Of a stretch of DNA of 64,000 nucleotides, positions 27,775 through 41,134 are shown piece by piece. The stretch lies in NCBI GenBank assembly GCA_951406725.2, contig OX597840.1:16864001-16928000 (forward strand), in the 5' to 3' direction. A program made the translations under genes and the position numbers. The notes under the pieces were generated by a model that was not told where the DNA came from, made no database searches, and saw only the letters and a list, made by a program, of their open reading frames with translations. Within the stretch, counting starts at the first letter, position 1, and each line of letters starts with the position of its first letter. Origin of the DNA: Octopus vulgaris. Taxonomy: Eukaryota.

Positions 27775-27987
27775 CGAGGGCTGTTGAAAAGGTCCTGCTT
27801 TGGGTAAAAGAAAATACAGGAGGATCAGTTAATTATGATTTTATGCAACATATTCTCCTCTTAGATTCACATACTTATTGCAGCGGTCCTTCAGTTTTTC
27901 TAAGCTATATAAAGGAACTCGGAAGATTGGGCCTCCAGCCAGACCTTTCGCGACCTTTAAAACCAAGAACTTTTCAGCACCTCCTTA
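27773..27987. mobile_element. Mariner-type MITE
   Basis: TA-CGAGGGCTGTTGAAAAGGTCCTG ... CAAGAACTTTTCAGCACCTCCT-TA; imperfect TIRs with TA flanks. Confidence 0.7.
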
Positions 27988-27988
27988 T

Positions 27989-28025
<37 letters not shown>

Positions 28026-28085
28026 ATTTGTAAGGCGGAGCTCCAGTATGAACGCAGTCAGCTGACTGAAACAAGTAAAAGAAGA

Positions 28086-28125
<40 letters not shown>

Positions 28126-28131
28126 CAAAGA

Positions 28132-28243
28132 TGCTTACAGCACCTAGGTTTCCCATGTGGTCACCCATCTATGTACTAACTAGGCTTGACGTTGCTTAAC
28201 TTCGGTGATAGGACGAGAACCGGTGTTTACAACGTGATATGAT
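28132..28243 (-). rRNA. 5S rRNA copy, probable pseudogene
   Basis: Minus strand CATATCACGTTGTAAACACCGGTTCTCGTCCTATCACCGAAGTTAAGCAACGTCAAGCCTAGTTAGTACATAGATGGGTGACCACATGGGAAACCTAGGTGCTGTAAGCA matches the invertebrate 5S consensus; first ~8 nt are missing or diverged; several substitutions; isolated copy. Confidence 0.9.
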
Positions 28244-28843
28244 GCTTGTTCTAGTGGTTAGGGTGTTGTTCTTGACATTGTAGTTTCGATTTCCAGACAA
28301 GTGGTGTGTTGTATTCATGTGCAAAATATTTCACTTCACGTGGTACAAGTTGAAAGACTCGAAACACCAAACGATCCCTGGAAACATTATTGATACTGTG
28401 TACAGGTCCATCACATGATGATGTATATCAAAACTATATCTTAGACTGATAATCAATCCGTCCTGGACACTTGGCACTATGCATGGGGTCATAGTAAGAA
28501 ACAAAATTCCTGCTCGCACGGTTTTATCACTTTTATATTTAACAGAAAAGACATTATAGACTTGGACACAGGAAATAACACCGGATTGCTGCAAAGACTT
28601 TTATCGAAATTTAGTTGACACCGACGGAAATCCATTAGAAGTTAAAACTTTTGGCCAAGATCATGTTTCTGTATATGTGTGTACCTACGTGTATGTTTGT
28701 ATGTATCTACATATATGCGTATGTATCTATGTATGAATATTTGTGTGTATGTATACACACACATACACACATATATAAAATTAATAAAACGGCTGTTTGC
28801 AACGTTTTACCGTAAAGGAAAATTATAGACGTCAACTATACTT

Positions 28844-29140
28844 GACTAAAGGTGTAAATAACACCTATATTGCTAGAAATAGGAGCTAAATGCTTCAATT
28901 CTGTTACAAAGCACATAACATATATTCTGATAGGGGCTGCAATCGTCCCGAACACCGAGCTGGCCTTACTGAAGATGGCTACAGAAAGAGCTGACGCTGG
29001 CCAGTCAGTCTAAGGTATTCTCGGTTCGTTGTTCGGGGAGATTGCAGCCCCTATCAGAGTATATGTTATGTGCTTTGTAACAGCATTAGAGCACTTTAGC
29101 TCCTATTTCTAGCAATGTAGGTGGTAGTCACATCCTTAGT
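28844..29140. repeat. Long inverted repeat (fold-back element, ~110-bp arms)
   Basis: ATTGCTAGAAATAGGAGCTAAA..CTGTTACAAAGCACATAACATATA.TCTGATAGGGGCTGCAATC..CCCGAACA and its reverse complement at 29030-29120. Confidence 0.9.
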
Positions 29141-29749
29141 TTAGTTTACACATCCACGCGCGCGCGCACACACACGTACGCATACACACACACACGTACA
29201 CACACGTCTTAATTTAAACTTCATAAAGAAAACTACTCTTTCGAAATGAAAGAACACACCGGACAATGTAGTACAAGAGATATTATATTCGAAGGAATGG
29301 TCATATCTGGAAGGCTTTTAATCTTCGAACAGCACAATCTTGAGACTAAACGATGATGATGAATCAAATATCTATCAAAAATACTTGAATGATGGACCTA
29401 AAATATTAACGGGAAGTTAATGGGATGAAGGTCACTGATTTGTAAAGGGAAACCGCAAGGTCATGAAGACAACTCATTCGTCCAGATGCAGCAAATAATA
29501 TTCCTAAATCGAAAAGGGAGGGGAAGAAGGGACAAGGAGATGTGGAGACTTAGTGACCATCCCGATGTGCTAGTAATATATAGGATTACATCGCTTAATG
29601 TGTTCTTCGTACATTGAAGACGTTAACAGGTGATATTAGGGAGATTTGGTTACTGTTTCTAGCAAGTCAAGCGACATCGTGGCGATTTCTTGATCCACTT
29701 CATTCATAACTTACTGTCATTGTTGCTCTTGTTATTATTGTAGTTGTTA

Positions 29750-29945
29750 AAGGCTTCAGGCTAGCAGACTCGTTAGCACACCAGGTAAAGTGTTAGGCGG
29801 CATTTCATCAGTCTCCTTGTTCTGAGTTCAAATTCTGTCGGAGTTGGCTTTGCCTTTCATCCTTTCGGAGTTGATAAGGTAAGTACCAGTTGTGTACTTA
29901 TTCTCTCCCTCGTAATTGCTGGCCTTGTGCCAAAATTTGAAACCT
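29750..29945 (+). mobile_element. SINE family B (tail type ii)
   Basis: GTTCTGAGTTCAAATTC..TTTGCCTTTCATCCTTTCGG..GGCCTTGTGCCAAAATTTGAAAC. Confidence 0.75.
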
Positions 29946-30061
29946 GTATTAGGAATATTTGGTTATTATTTCTAACAAGCCGAGCGTCCACGTTATGATT
30001 TCTTGGCCCGGTTCACTGATAAGTTGGTTTTGTTGTTGCTGTTGTTGTTATTATTATTGTC

Positions 30062-30092
<31 letters not shown>

Positions 30093-30389
30093 TTGTTGTT
30101 GTCGTCGTCGTCGTCGTTGTTGTTGTTGTTGACGTTACTGCTGTTGCTAATGCTGTAGTTATTTAGACCCGAATTTGCCCTTAGTAAATCAAAACAATCT
30201 CACAATCAGAACTACTTCATCTGAGATCATTCCGACGTTTGCTTCCCAATCCAGCCCTTAGACTACAATATCCAATGTATGCGTCCTCCCCACCCACCGT
30301 TTCTTTTAAAAACAGATGAGTGTGGGTTGAGGGACATTTGGCTGTTATTTTTTGCAAGATGAGTGGACACGTAAAAGTTACCTCAGAGA

Positions 30390-30654
30390 TGTGGAGGAAG
30401 GGAGAAAGAAGAGAAGGGAGAAGGGAGAGATTGGGAGGGGAAGAGAGAGGATGGAGAGAGAGTGATAGAGGAGAGTGTGGTAGAGGAGAGAGTGAGAGAG
30501 AGAGAGAGAGAAAGAGAGAAGGGGAGAAAATAGATGAGGAGAGAGGGAAGATAGAGAAAACGGAAGTTGAGAAGGGTAAGAGGAAGAGAGAGAGAGAGAG
30601 AAAAATGAGAGACAGGAAGCTGAGAAAGAAAAGAAAAAGAAGAAAGAAAAAGAG

Positions 30655-30709
<55 letters not shown>

Positions 30710-30810
30710 AGAAAAAGAAAGAAAGAAATATAGACAGAAAGCCAGAAATACAGAGGGGGAGAGGGGAAAAGAGAGAGAGAAAAAAGAGAGGAGGAAGTGA
30801 GAGAAAGAAA
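30390..30810. repeat. Purine-rich (GA/GAAA)n tract
   Basis: Low-complexity polypurine sequence. Confidence 0.9.
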
Positions 30811-31324
30811 ATGTGCTTTAAATTAACCGAAGTCCTGCTATTTTTTCTTCCCAGTGAGATAATAAAACTGAGAAACACCAGCACACACGTATATTGGGAT
30901 ACGAAACTACTGCTGTGTATTGGGGAATAGGAAAATAAAAACCTACATTTGAAAGTTTATCCGGACGTCGTTCGACCGACTGACATTTTAACCGGCCTCT
31001 TGCAGTGAAGAACTAAAGTGGCGGCTCTACTATGGTCGGGTGATTATCTTATCGACTAATAAGACGAATACTTCGTGCTATTTAGTGTATAAAGGTCAGA
31101 AAACGAAGAGTAATTCCCTTAAGTGTAAATATACGTCCATCTGCTCACGCGTTCATTCATACATTTACCACACGTCGTCGGTGTTGGGTGTATATGTGTG
31201 TGGAAACACGTATCATCAAACACATATACATAGTAATGATAATGTCTCTGAGAGTGAATGTATGTGAGTGAGTGTGTGTGTGCGCGCGCGCACGTGTGTT
31301 TCTGTGCGCGCGTGTGTGTGTATC

Positions 31325-31359
<35 letters not shown>

Positions 31360-31640
31360 TATTGTAGATATACTGTTCCAAACGTATTTATCAATAATTT
31401 AGCTAAACATATATATGTGCATATGCTGCGGTATCTATATTTACATCTGTTACAAGTCTGTGTAACTGTATCCCTGTGCATATATGTGGTCATAAATAGA
31501 CACGCACACACACACACACACACACGTATATCTATATATGCACACATATACATACGCACATATATATATATATACATATACTTGTATAGGTATACTTATA
31601 TATATATATATATATGTGTGTACATGCATATATATATACA

Positions 31641-31678
<38 letters not shown>

Positions 31679-33209
31679 TATGTATGTGTGTATGTAGCTA
31701 TGTATGGTGTATGTATATATGTGCGTATGTATGTATGTATGTATGTATGTATGTATGTATGTATGTATGTATGTGTGTGTGTGTATGTGTTTGTATGTAA
31801 ATATGTATGTATGTGTTTATGCAAGTTTAGGTATGCACATGTATGTGGAGTGGTGAGTTAGTTGCGTTGAATTTATCGATATATATATATGTGTATGTGT
31901 GTGTGCGTGAGTGCGTGCGTGTGTCTGTGTGTGAGAGGGAGAGAAAGAGAGAGTATATATATCGTCTTTACTAATTTATTATTTGTAATAGTTATTATAG
32001 GTTATATATATCGCTTACCCTTACCCTACCATTAACTGCACCATCTCCAATCAGCCACCCATCCATCTACCCACTCTTCCACCCAGTCATTTATACTTAT
32101 ATTCGTTCATTGATTCTAATATACATTCTAATGTACATACATTCAAACATACCAATTATGAATGAATATGGTTGTGAGAGCAATCTGGGATAGGGTGAAA
32201 GAAAAAAACACCAACCAATAAAATTATTATATTAAGATCGATGGATCAAAAGAAATTTAGTGGAAGCTAATGATTAAAACATAACACCAAATTAAAATAC
32301 AATCGACCTTTTATTGTAGTTGGGGATTTCAAACTAACAACTTGGTCTGTTGTCTGAGTTAGGGTCCCACTTGGCCTCAGTGTGGTGAAATAAATACAGG
32401 AAAAAGAAGACGTCTATGGATCATTGATGAAGAACCAGGACAGAAAATATGCTTTTAGGTTTAAGGCCGTTATTACTGGAATATCAAGATATTTTATGTG
32501 TGAGGTTACTTGTGAGGTCTCTCATAAGTATTACTGATGACAGGGAATTCAGTACAACCTGTTGCATGGTCGGGTCATCGGCGACTAAACCGGCACCCTT
32601 TCTCCCACTAGGCTTGTCTGGTAAGGAGGGTTAATAGAAACCGAGCAGGACTAAAAAGAAAACCTGTCAAAAGGACGGATGAACCTAGTGTAGGTTCAAT
32701 GACTATCTAGCAATAGCATGGGCCCTCAGAAATTCCAGGTTGGTGTCCGGCGTATTGGAAGATGACTGGGAGTAAGGCACCCTTTAGCTTTTGTTAAAAC
32801 ATGTCTCTAAAACCCGATTCAACCCGGGGCTACATCTGCTCCGATAATTGGCGGTGACTTGGTCAGCGAATCTTCAACGACGGTCGACAATCGACGGCAA
32901 GATGAGCTCCTAGGGATCACACTATCTCAAAGTGTGTACGTGACCGGGGAACGAACGTGAACTTGTATTCCCAGTGAAACTTCCGACATGAATTAACTGG
33001 TCCGTCGAAGCTGGCTCTAAACACCTCTGGGTGAATGCCGTCGCAAGTACAAGTACAGGTTATATCAGGATATGTATCCAGTCGCTTGGATCAAAGAATG
33101 CTGGACATAGGGTGCTTGTGGTACTTGAGGAAAGAATGTAACATCTTTATACTACAAAGATTACGATATCTGGGACAGTAAAACGTGCATAAATAGACAC
33201 ACATGTGTA

Positions 33210-33254
<45 letters not shown>

Positions 33255-33327
33255 CAGTGGTACAACAATACACTAATATTTACTGGAAATAGCAGTCGAT
33301 AAAATACGACGCTATAGTAAAGCATCA

Positions 33328-33375
<48 letters not shown>

Positions 33376-33658
33376 TGGCAAAATATTAGCAGGCGGCGAA
33401 CATAAAAAATTTCATCTTACCTGTAGAAAGAACATTAAATAAATGTGGATGTGGATAATCTAGGGACTAAATTTTGAACTTTCCAAATTTGGTTTGTTAA
33501 CGTAAATTTGATTAGTTCTCATCGGCTGGATTTACCGAGACAAAAATCTCAAATGTCGCTACATCAATACTCGTCTGAAACGCCCAACCGTTGACAGACC
33601 GAGAACACTGATGGTGCTTTGTTTTACTGGGAAGCAACACTACTGTATTGCACTATTT

Positions 33659-33824
<166 letters not shown>

Positions 33825-34294
33825 CAGGTCATTAAGAATGAAATGTCCGATTTTCTTCTGCACCAAGCTTGACAGTCGTGAACTCTTATGTTTTAACCTG
33901 GCAATTCTTTGTTTTACAACATTGAAGAGTTACATCATCCCTTTTCGAAATGCAGTTCATGGTGTCTGATTATATTTTGAGATTTCTCTTGCAAATCAAT
34001 TTTTGTGAACCTACGGATAAATCAAAATTCTTGTTGTTTAAGAATATGAGTTCTGTGTCGTAGATCCAATGCATCCCAGACAGCTCGAAACATCAATAAG
34101 GTGAATATGTGGCGAATGAGCGAACTGTGCGTTAAATGGTTACATATATTCGAAGGTTATAATGGACACAGGTTCGTGTGACACATAGCTAGCTAGAGGC
34201 AATGACCTCTTGGAGCTAATCAACGGCAGCATTCGTCCTATTGTTCTGGACTGCCATGTTAGCTTGGCGATAACTATTAATATATATATATATC

Positions 34295-34588
34295 ACGTGA
34301 CACGTGACCGACCAGACCATCAGATGTTGCTACACATCGCTGGTCACAATGCGCTTCGCATTGTTTTAGCCTTCGAATGACGCCACCCCGCTGGCTAAGT
34401 GAGCAGGCCAACAGAAGAAAGAGTTAGAGAAAGAGTGGTGAAAGAGTACAGCAGGGATCGCCACCCCATGCCGGAGCCTCGTGGAGCTTTTTAGGTGTTT
34501 TCGCTCAATAAACACACACAACGCCCGGTCTGGGGATCGACACTGCGATCCTACGACCGCGAGTCCGCTGCCTTAACCACTGGGCCAT
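34295..34588 (-). mobile_element. tRNA-derived SINE, well preserved (group D; tRNA-Arg-like head)
   Basis: Minus-strand TGGCCCAGTGGTTAAGGCAGCGGACTCGCGGTCGTAGGATCGCAGTGTCGATCCC (A/B boxes). Confidence 0.8.
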
Positions 34589-34597
34589 ATATATATA

Positions 34598-34780
34598 TTC
34601 GTGTTCCGTTCCTACACATTTTTTCTCTCCCGTTTTTCCCCGCTCAGTCCTTTCTGACGAAATGCGTAGGCTCGAAACGCCAAAGACTTTTCGATTCTTC
34701 CTGAGTGCCAAACTAATCCACCCGCTTGTTGTTCCCTCGCCTATCTTGGCCTTTTGTATTCTGTAAATTTGAAGTATAAA
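34598..34780 (+). mobile_element. Penelope-like terminal repeat fragment with minimal hammerhead motif (family H2)
   Basis: CTTT-CTGACGA-A-ATGCGTAGGCTC-GAAAC-GC-C-AAAG followed by TTCCTGAG..CTAAT; homologs at 43290-43480 (-) and 58215-58470 (+). Confidence 0.65.
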
Positions 34781-35100
34781 GCGTGCGCGCACACACATAC
34801 ACATACACGCACACATGTATATATAAAACATGCATTAAAACTTCCAATGGCTCATGACGACGGCCGTGAGCATTGAACCGTTGTTGAGAAATTCGATGTA
34901 TTGGGTATTAGCATTTCCTACTTCTGTCATTTAAAGATATACTTAAATGTCTGTCTGTGTGTGTGTGAGTGTGTGTATGTGTGTGTCTGTACATGCGCGT
35001 GCTTGTGTGCACGTGTTTGTGTGCTTTATATATAACTGTACGTATGAATATATGTATGTATAGATAGATACATAGACAGACAGACAGACAGACAGACGTG

Positions 35101-35214
<114 letters not shown>

Positions 35215-35215
35215 T

Positions 35216-35260
<45 letters not shown>

Positions 35261-35299
35261 GAGACAGACAGACAGACAGATAGATAGATAGATAGATAA

Positions 35300-35471
<172 letters not shown>

Positions 35472-35476
35472 GTAGG

Positions 35477-35515
<39 letters not shown>

Positions 35516-35534
35516 GTGTAGGTATATGTATTTC

Positions 35535-35860
35535 ATCTCGGTTCAGTCATTAGGCTGCGGCCATGCACGAACAAAAGGACACCGGTACTAATCTATCAGT
35601 TCTCTTTTGCCAGACCACTAGCTTACAGGGATGTATACACACCAACACCGGTTGTCAAACTGTGAAGGTGACACAGAGGCACACACGCTCACGCGCACGC
35701 GCACGACAATCTTTCAGTTTTCATCTACCAAATCCACTCACAAGGCTTCGGTTATCCTGAGGCTACGGCGAAGACACCTGACCAATGTGCTACGCAGTGC
35801 AACTGAACCTAGAATCAAGCGGCTGAGGAGCAAACTTCTTCACATACGATCACGCCTGTA
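35535..35860 (-). mobile_element. SINE family A, degenerate
   Basis: TTCAGTCAT..GCGGCCATGC..TCTACCAAATCCACTCACAAGGC..GAAGACAC. Confidence 0.75.
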
Positions 35861-36473
35861 GCTATGTATGTATGTATGTATGTATATATGTATGTATGTA
35901 TGCATGTATGTATGTATGTATGTATGTATGTATGTATATATGTATGTATGTACGTATGTATGCATGCATGTATGTATGTATGTAATTACGTATGCATATA
36001 TATGTATGTATGTATATACGTATGTACGTCTGTACGTATGTATGTATTATGTACGTACGTAGATATGTATGTATGTATGTATGTATGTACGTATGCATAT
36101 ATGTATGTACGCATGCATGCATGTATATATATATGTACATATGTATGTACGTGTGCATGTATGTATGCATGCATGCATATATGCATGTATATGTGTGTAC
36201 GTATGCATGCATACATGTATGTATGTACGTATGCATGCATGCATGTATATACGTATGTATGTATGTATGTATGTATGTATGTATGTATGTATGTATGTAT
36301 GTACGTACGTATGTATGTATATATGTATGTACGTATGTGTGTATGTACGTATGTATGTATTCATGCATGAATATATGTATGTATATATGTACGTATGCAT
36401 GCATGCATGCATGCATGTATATACGTAAGTATGTATGTATATATGTATGTATCTAGGTAGGTATGTATATAAT

Positions 36474-36522
<49 letters not shown>

Positions 36523-36912
36523 GTATGTATGTATACATTTGTGCATGCCTAAATTCTAACTCAATCCTATCCATTTAATTAGCTGAAATTTTACATAATC
36601 AAATCTCTTTAATAACAAGCTCCAAGTAATATGATTTCTATGCATTTGTTCATTATGTTTTCGTTTATTTGTATATTTTTAGATAAAAACTCAACTTATT
36701 TCAATTTTTAAATGTCCTGAAAGTTACAATTCTTAGAGAACCACCAATCGTCTTATGCAAGTTATTTATCCAAAATATTGTAGATTCATGTGATCATAAT
36801 TATTGTAGGATTTAATGAACCTGGACAAGGCCACGTACTACATTTAAGGTGTGTATGTTTGTGTGAATATACATATACATATTTATTTATTACCTATTCC
36901 ATTCCGTAAATT

Positions 36913-36958
<46 letters not shown>

Positions 36959-37072
36959 TAGATAGATAGATATAGATTTACACATACAAATATAGTGCGT
37001 ATTTGTGTGTATATATATATATATATATATACATTCTTATATTTCGCATATATATATAAACAAATATATATT

Positions 37073-37105
<33 letters not shown>

Positions 37106-37341
37106 ATATGTATATCTGTTGATATGTATATATGTATATATAAATATCGGTACGTGTGTACATTATTTTCTGCTGTTGATGACATTGAATTAATATTGCT
37201 ATTTGCAGTTAATCCGTTCTAATCCTTTAATTAGACAAATGAGGTTAATCCTGTAATAATCACCTCTACATCAATGGTTTATCCCCTGACATCTTCGTTG
37301 ATAAACTAATCAGGATATTTACACTGACTTACACACTCTCC

Positions 37342-37372
<31 letters not shown>

Positions 37373-37424
37373 GTTCTCTCCCTCACACACACTACACACT
37401 TCTATCTATCTATCTATCTATCTA

Positions 37425-37489
<65 letters not shown>

Positions 37490-37762
37490 GTACATATATA
37501 CATATATTGGTCATTAATAAGGGATAAACGCACACATGCAAATTATGAGGGATATTCGATTATTTTTATCTTACATTTTTCTGTCTCTTTATCTGTCTAT
37601 TTCCTGGTCTCTCTCACACTTCCTTCTTCTCTTACACACACACACACACACTCATACGCACACACACACACAATCAAGCATGTAATTTTCTCTTTCATTC
37701 TTATTAGATACTCTCTCTGCTCCTCTCACTCTCTCTTCTTCCCCTGCTCTATCTATCTCTCA

Positions 37763-37831
<69 letters not shown>

Positions 37832-38244
37832 GTGTGCTGTTGCTACATTTAATATTGTTTGTTGTTCTTGTTGCCATTGTTGTCGTTGGGATCATTGTTG
37901 TTGTTGTTCGTGTTGTGGTTGTTTGTTTTGTTTTAGTCGTTTAGCCCCAGATCAATCCCGTTCAATATGGCGACCTTCTACCGTTAGAATCATTTCCGGG
38001 AATTAGACGAAGACATGTTGTGCATATGTCAGGGCGTTTAAAATTGATGGTTGTTTTGTTTTTGTTTTTTCATTGCTGTTATGTCAAGGATTGTAAGAGA
38101 TAGAGAGATAAATATATATGTGTATATAATATGATACAAATAATATATAAATGTATGCATATATACATACATATACGTGCATACTTACACACACACACAG
38201 ACACTCACACACACGCACGCACACACACGCACACACACACACAA

Positions 38245-38283
<39 letters not shown>

Positions 38284-38285
38284 GA

Positions 38286-38329
<44 letters not shown>

Positions 38330-38397
38330 GCAGGCAGGCAGGCAGAAAGATTGAGAGATAGACATACAGACAAAAGGCAGGCAGACAGGCAGACAGG

Positions 38398-38485
<88 letters not shown>

Positions 38486-38666
38486 AAAAGAGCGAGAGAC
38501 AGACAGACAGATAGATAAAAAGATAAACAAACAGACTGAGAGAGAGAGAGAGAACGGAACTATAGGTTTCTGCGAAAACAAACTGTAACCCCTTCTCCAC
38601 TTCACCTCTTCTCGTCTCTTCCTCATATCCAGCTGGTCATTCATTTTCAGTAAGGGTGGCCATATA

Positions 38667-38823
38667 GGCGTAGGAGTGGCTGTGTGGTAAGTAGCTTGCT
38701 TATCAACCACATGGTTCCGGGTTCAGTCCCACTGCGTGGAACCTTGGGCAAGTGTCTTCTACTATAGCAACGCTTTGTGAGTGGATTTGGTAGATGAAAA
38801 CTGAAAGAAGCCCATTGTGTGTG

Positions 38824-38854
<31 letters not shown>

Positions 38855-39055
38855 CTGTGTTTGTCCCCCCACATCGCTTGACAACCGATGGTGGTGTGTT
38901 TACGTCCTGTAACTTAGCGGTTCGGCAAAAGATACCGATAGAATAAGTAGTAGACTTCCAAAGAATAAGTCCTGAGGTGGAATTGCTCGACTAAAGGTGA
39001 TGCTCCAGCATGGCCAGAGTCAAATGACTGAAGCAAGTAAAAGAGTCTAAAGAGT
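38667..39055 (+). mobile_element. SINE family A, full length
   Basis: GGCGTAGGAGTGGCTGTGTGGTAAG (A box)..GGTTCAGTCCC (B box)..ATGACTGAAGCAAGTAAAAGAG. Confidence 0.92.
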
Positions 39056-39279
39056 ATAGAATCGTGGCCAAAAGTTTTGGAACACAGAATTTGAAAATTA
39101 GAATTTTTATATTAAATGTCCAAATATACACGTTTGTGCTCAGGCGTCACTATTTTAATTTTGTTTTAAATGCTCCACCAAACTTTTTGTTAGGACTGTC
39201 AAATACTGTAGTGCGGTATTTAGTAAGGTATCTCTTAAGGTTCTGAGTTCAAAACCCACCAGAGTCTTAGTATTCAGTA

Positions 39280-39410
39280 CACTAATGCCTCACTTTACGA
39301 GGGCCCGCTTTGCGCACAAGCTTTTACGAGATTCATTTTTCTGTTTACGAGTTTTCACTTCACGAGCATTCTCCAGGAACGAATTATCTCATGTGTCAAG
39401 GCATTACGAT
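39280..39410. mobile_element. Pogo/Tigger-like MITE remnant
   Basis: TAATGCCTCACTTTACGAG ... GTGTCAAGGCATTA terminal inverted motif; internal TTACGAG repeats. Confidence 0.45.
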
Positions 39411-39479
39411 ATTTAGTTAAGCGTTTATGCTTCATTGTGTTGGTGTTACGCAGGTCTGCTGTTTGTATAATCCTACATA

Positions 39480-40033
39480 TTGGGTTTACGTGATTTTGCA
39501 TTTCGCTTTTGCTGTATTATTGGTTCTGTGTAGTGAGCTGTGGTTTGTTGTAGCGAGATTTGGGCGGGATGGAGAAACCTAAACATGGTTGGTATAGTCT
39601 ATCGTTGACCTAATGTCGTGAGCATAACGTGCACCTTTGTTGGTGTTTCACATTGCACCAGATAGGTTTGTGTAGTAGTTTTTCTCGGTGAAATCCCGAC
39701 CAAAACAGAGAAGTATATAGTGGATGGCCACAGAGTATTTACAAAAGTTAGGGTTTAATGTATGTAAATGCTTAACGGAGAATCCTGCCCCTCACAATAT
39801 GGAAACACTTCTCATGGCACCAGCAGGCTGTACTGTGTCTTCTGTGGTGCTATGGATGGTCGATATGTGTATGCTTGTGTGTGATATACTTCTCTGAGTG
39901 CGTGAGCGTGTGTGATATGCTTCTGTGTGTATGTGTGTATGCGCGCGTGTGTGTGTGCGTATGTAAGTTTGTTTTCTGTGTGTATGTGCATGTATATGTT
40001 TTCTGTGTTTGTTTGTTTGTGTGTGTGTGTGTG

Positions 40034-40096
<63 letters not shown>

Positions 40097-40660
40097 TATG
40101 TTGTTGAGTGTCGTGGTCGGTTGTATTTGTTGTTCTCTGTTGCTACTTGCTCGTGAGAAGAGAGAGAGGGGGAAAGAGAGAAAGAAAGAGAGAGACAGAA
40201 AGGAAGATAAAGAGAGTATGTGTATGTGTGTGTTTGTGTGTTTGTATTGTGTGTATGTGCGCGCGCGCGTGTCTGCGCGTGCGCATGTGCGCATGTGTGC
40301 GTACGTGGATTCAGCAGGTGTTAATTGAACGGCGTTGTGTTGGTGCCAGATTTCCATGTGATTTAAGTCAGGTTGGAAGAAGTTGTGAGGCAGTGACTGG
40401 AGAATGGTGGAAAGCCGTCTCTATAGAATCTCCTCAGTCTATGGATTCTTCTGGTATTCCAATACCGGAAATTGCAATGTCTTCAAGTCTTGTTTTTCTA
40501 CACTCCATAAAGCTGGCAATCTAACAAACAGCTTGATCGTCAAAGAATTGGGAGTGTTTCTCAAAGGAATTGGTTAATGTTTCCTATAGATACGAGTTGC
40601 AAGGAATGGAATCGAAGGTTTTGCTGATACCGATGGTTGTTAGAATTGTACAAGTGGGAG
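39480..40660 (-). mobile_element. Highly degenerate LINE reverse-transcriptase fragments split by a microsatellite
   Basis: Minus strand ILTTIGISKTFDSIP (cf. DISKAFDSV), LQPDLNHMEIW..QLTPAES, IRSTIDY. Confidence 0.45.
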
Positions 40661-40689
40661 CTCTGTTGTTGTTGTTGGTGGTGGTGAAG

Positions 40690-40832
40690 TCGAGTGGTCC
40701 AGTGGATGGTCTGTTCGGCTCATGATCATAAGGCCATGGGTTCGATTACTGGATCGAGTGATGCGTTGTGTCCTTGAACAAGGCACTTCATTTCCCGTTG
40801 CTCCAACCTACTCAGCTATAATGAGTACTGGC
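40690..40832 (+). mobile_element. tRNA-derived SINE (group D) 5' part
   Basis: TGGTCCAGTGG..GGGTTCGATT..TGCGTTGTGTCCTTGAACAAGGCACTTCATTTCCCGTTGCTCC. Confidence 0.7.
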
Positions 40833-41096
40833 TGAGTGTTGGTGTAGTCTTCTCTTTCTCCCCCTCTCTCTCTCTCTCTTTCTCTCTCACTTTCTCTCTC
40901 CCTCACTTTCTCTCTCTCACTCTCTACTTTTTTTTCTCTCTCTCTCTTTCTCTCTCACTTTCTTTCTCTCTTACTTTCTCTCTCTCTCTACTTTTCTCTC
41001 TCTCTCTCTCTCTTTCTCTCTCACTTTTTCTCTCTCTCTCTCTACTTTTCTCTCTCTCTATATATATATATCTCTCTCACTTTCTCTTTCTCTCTA

Positions 41097-41134
<38 letters not shown>

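Noticed and set aside
34500-34588. tRNA gene
   Set aside because: A and B boxes are present but there is no acceptor stem, and it continues into a SINE body.
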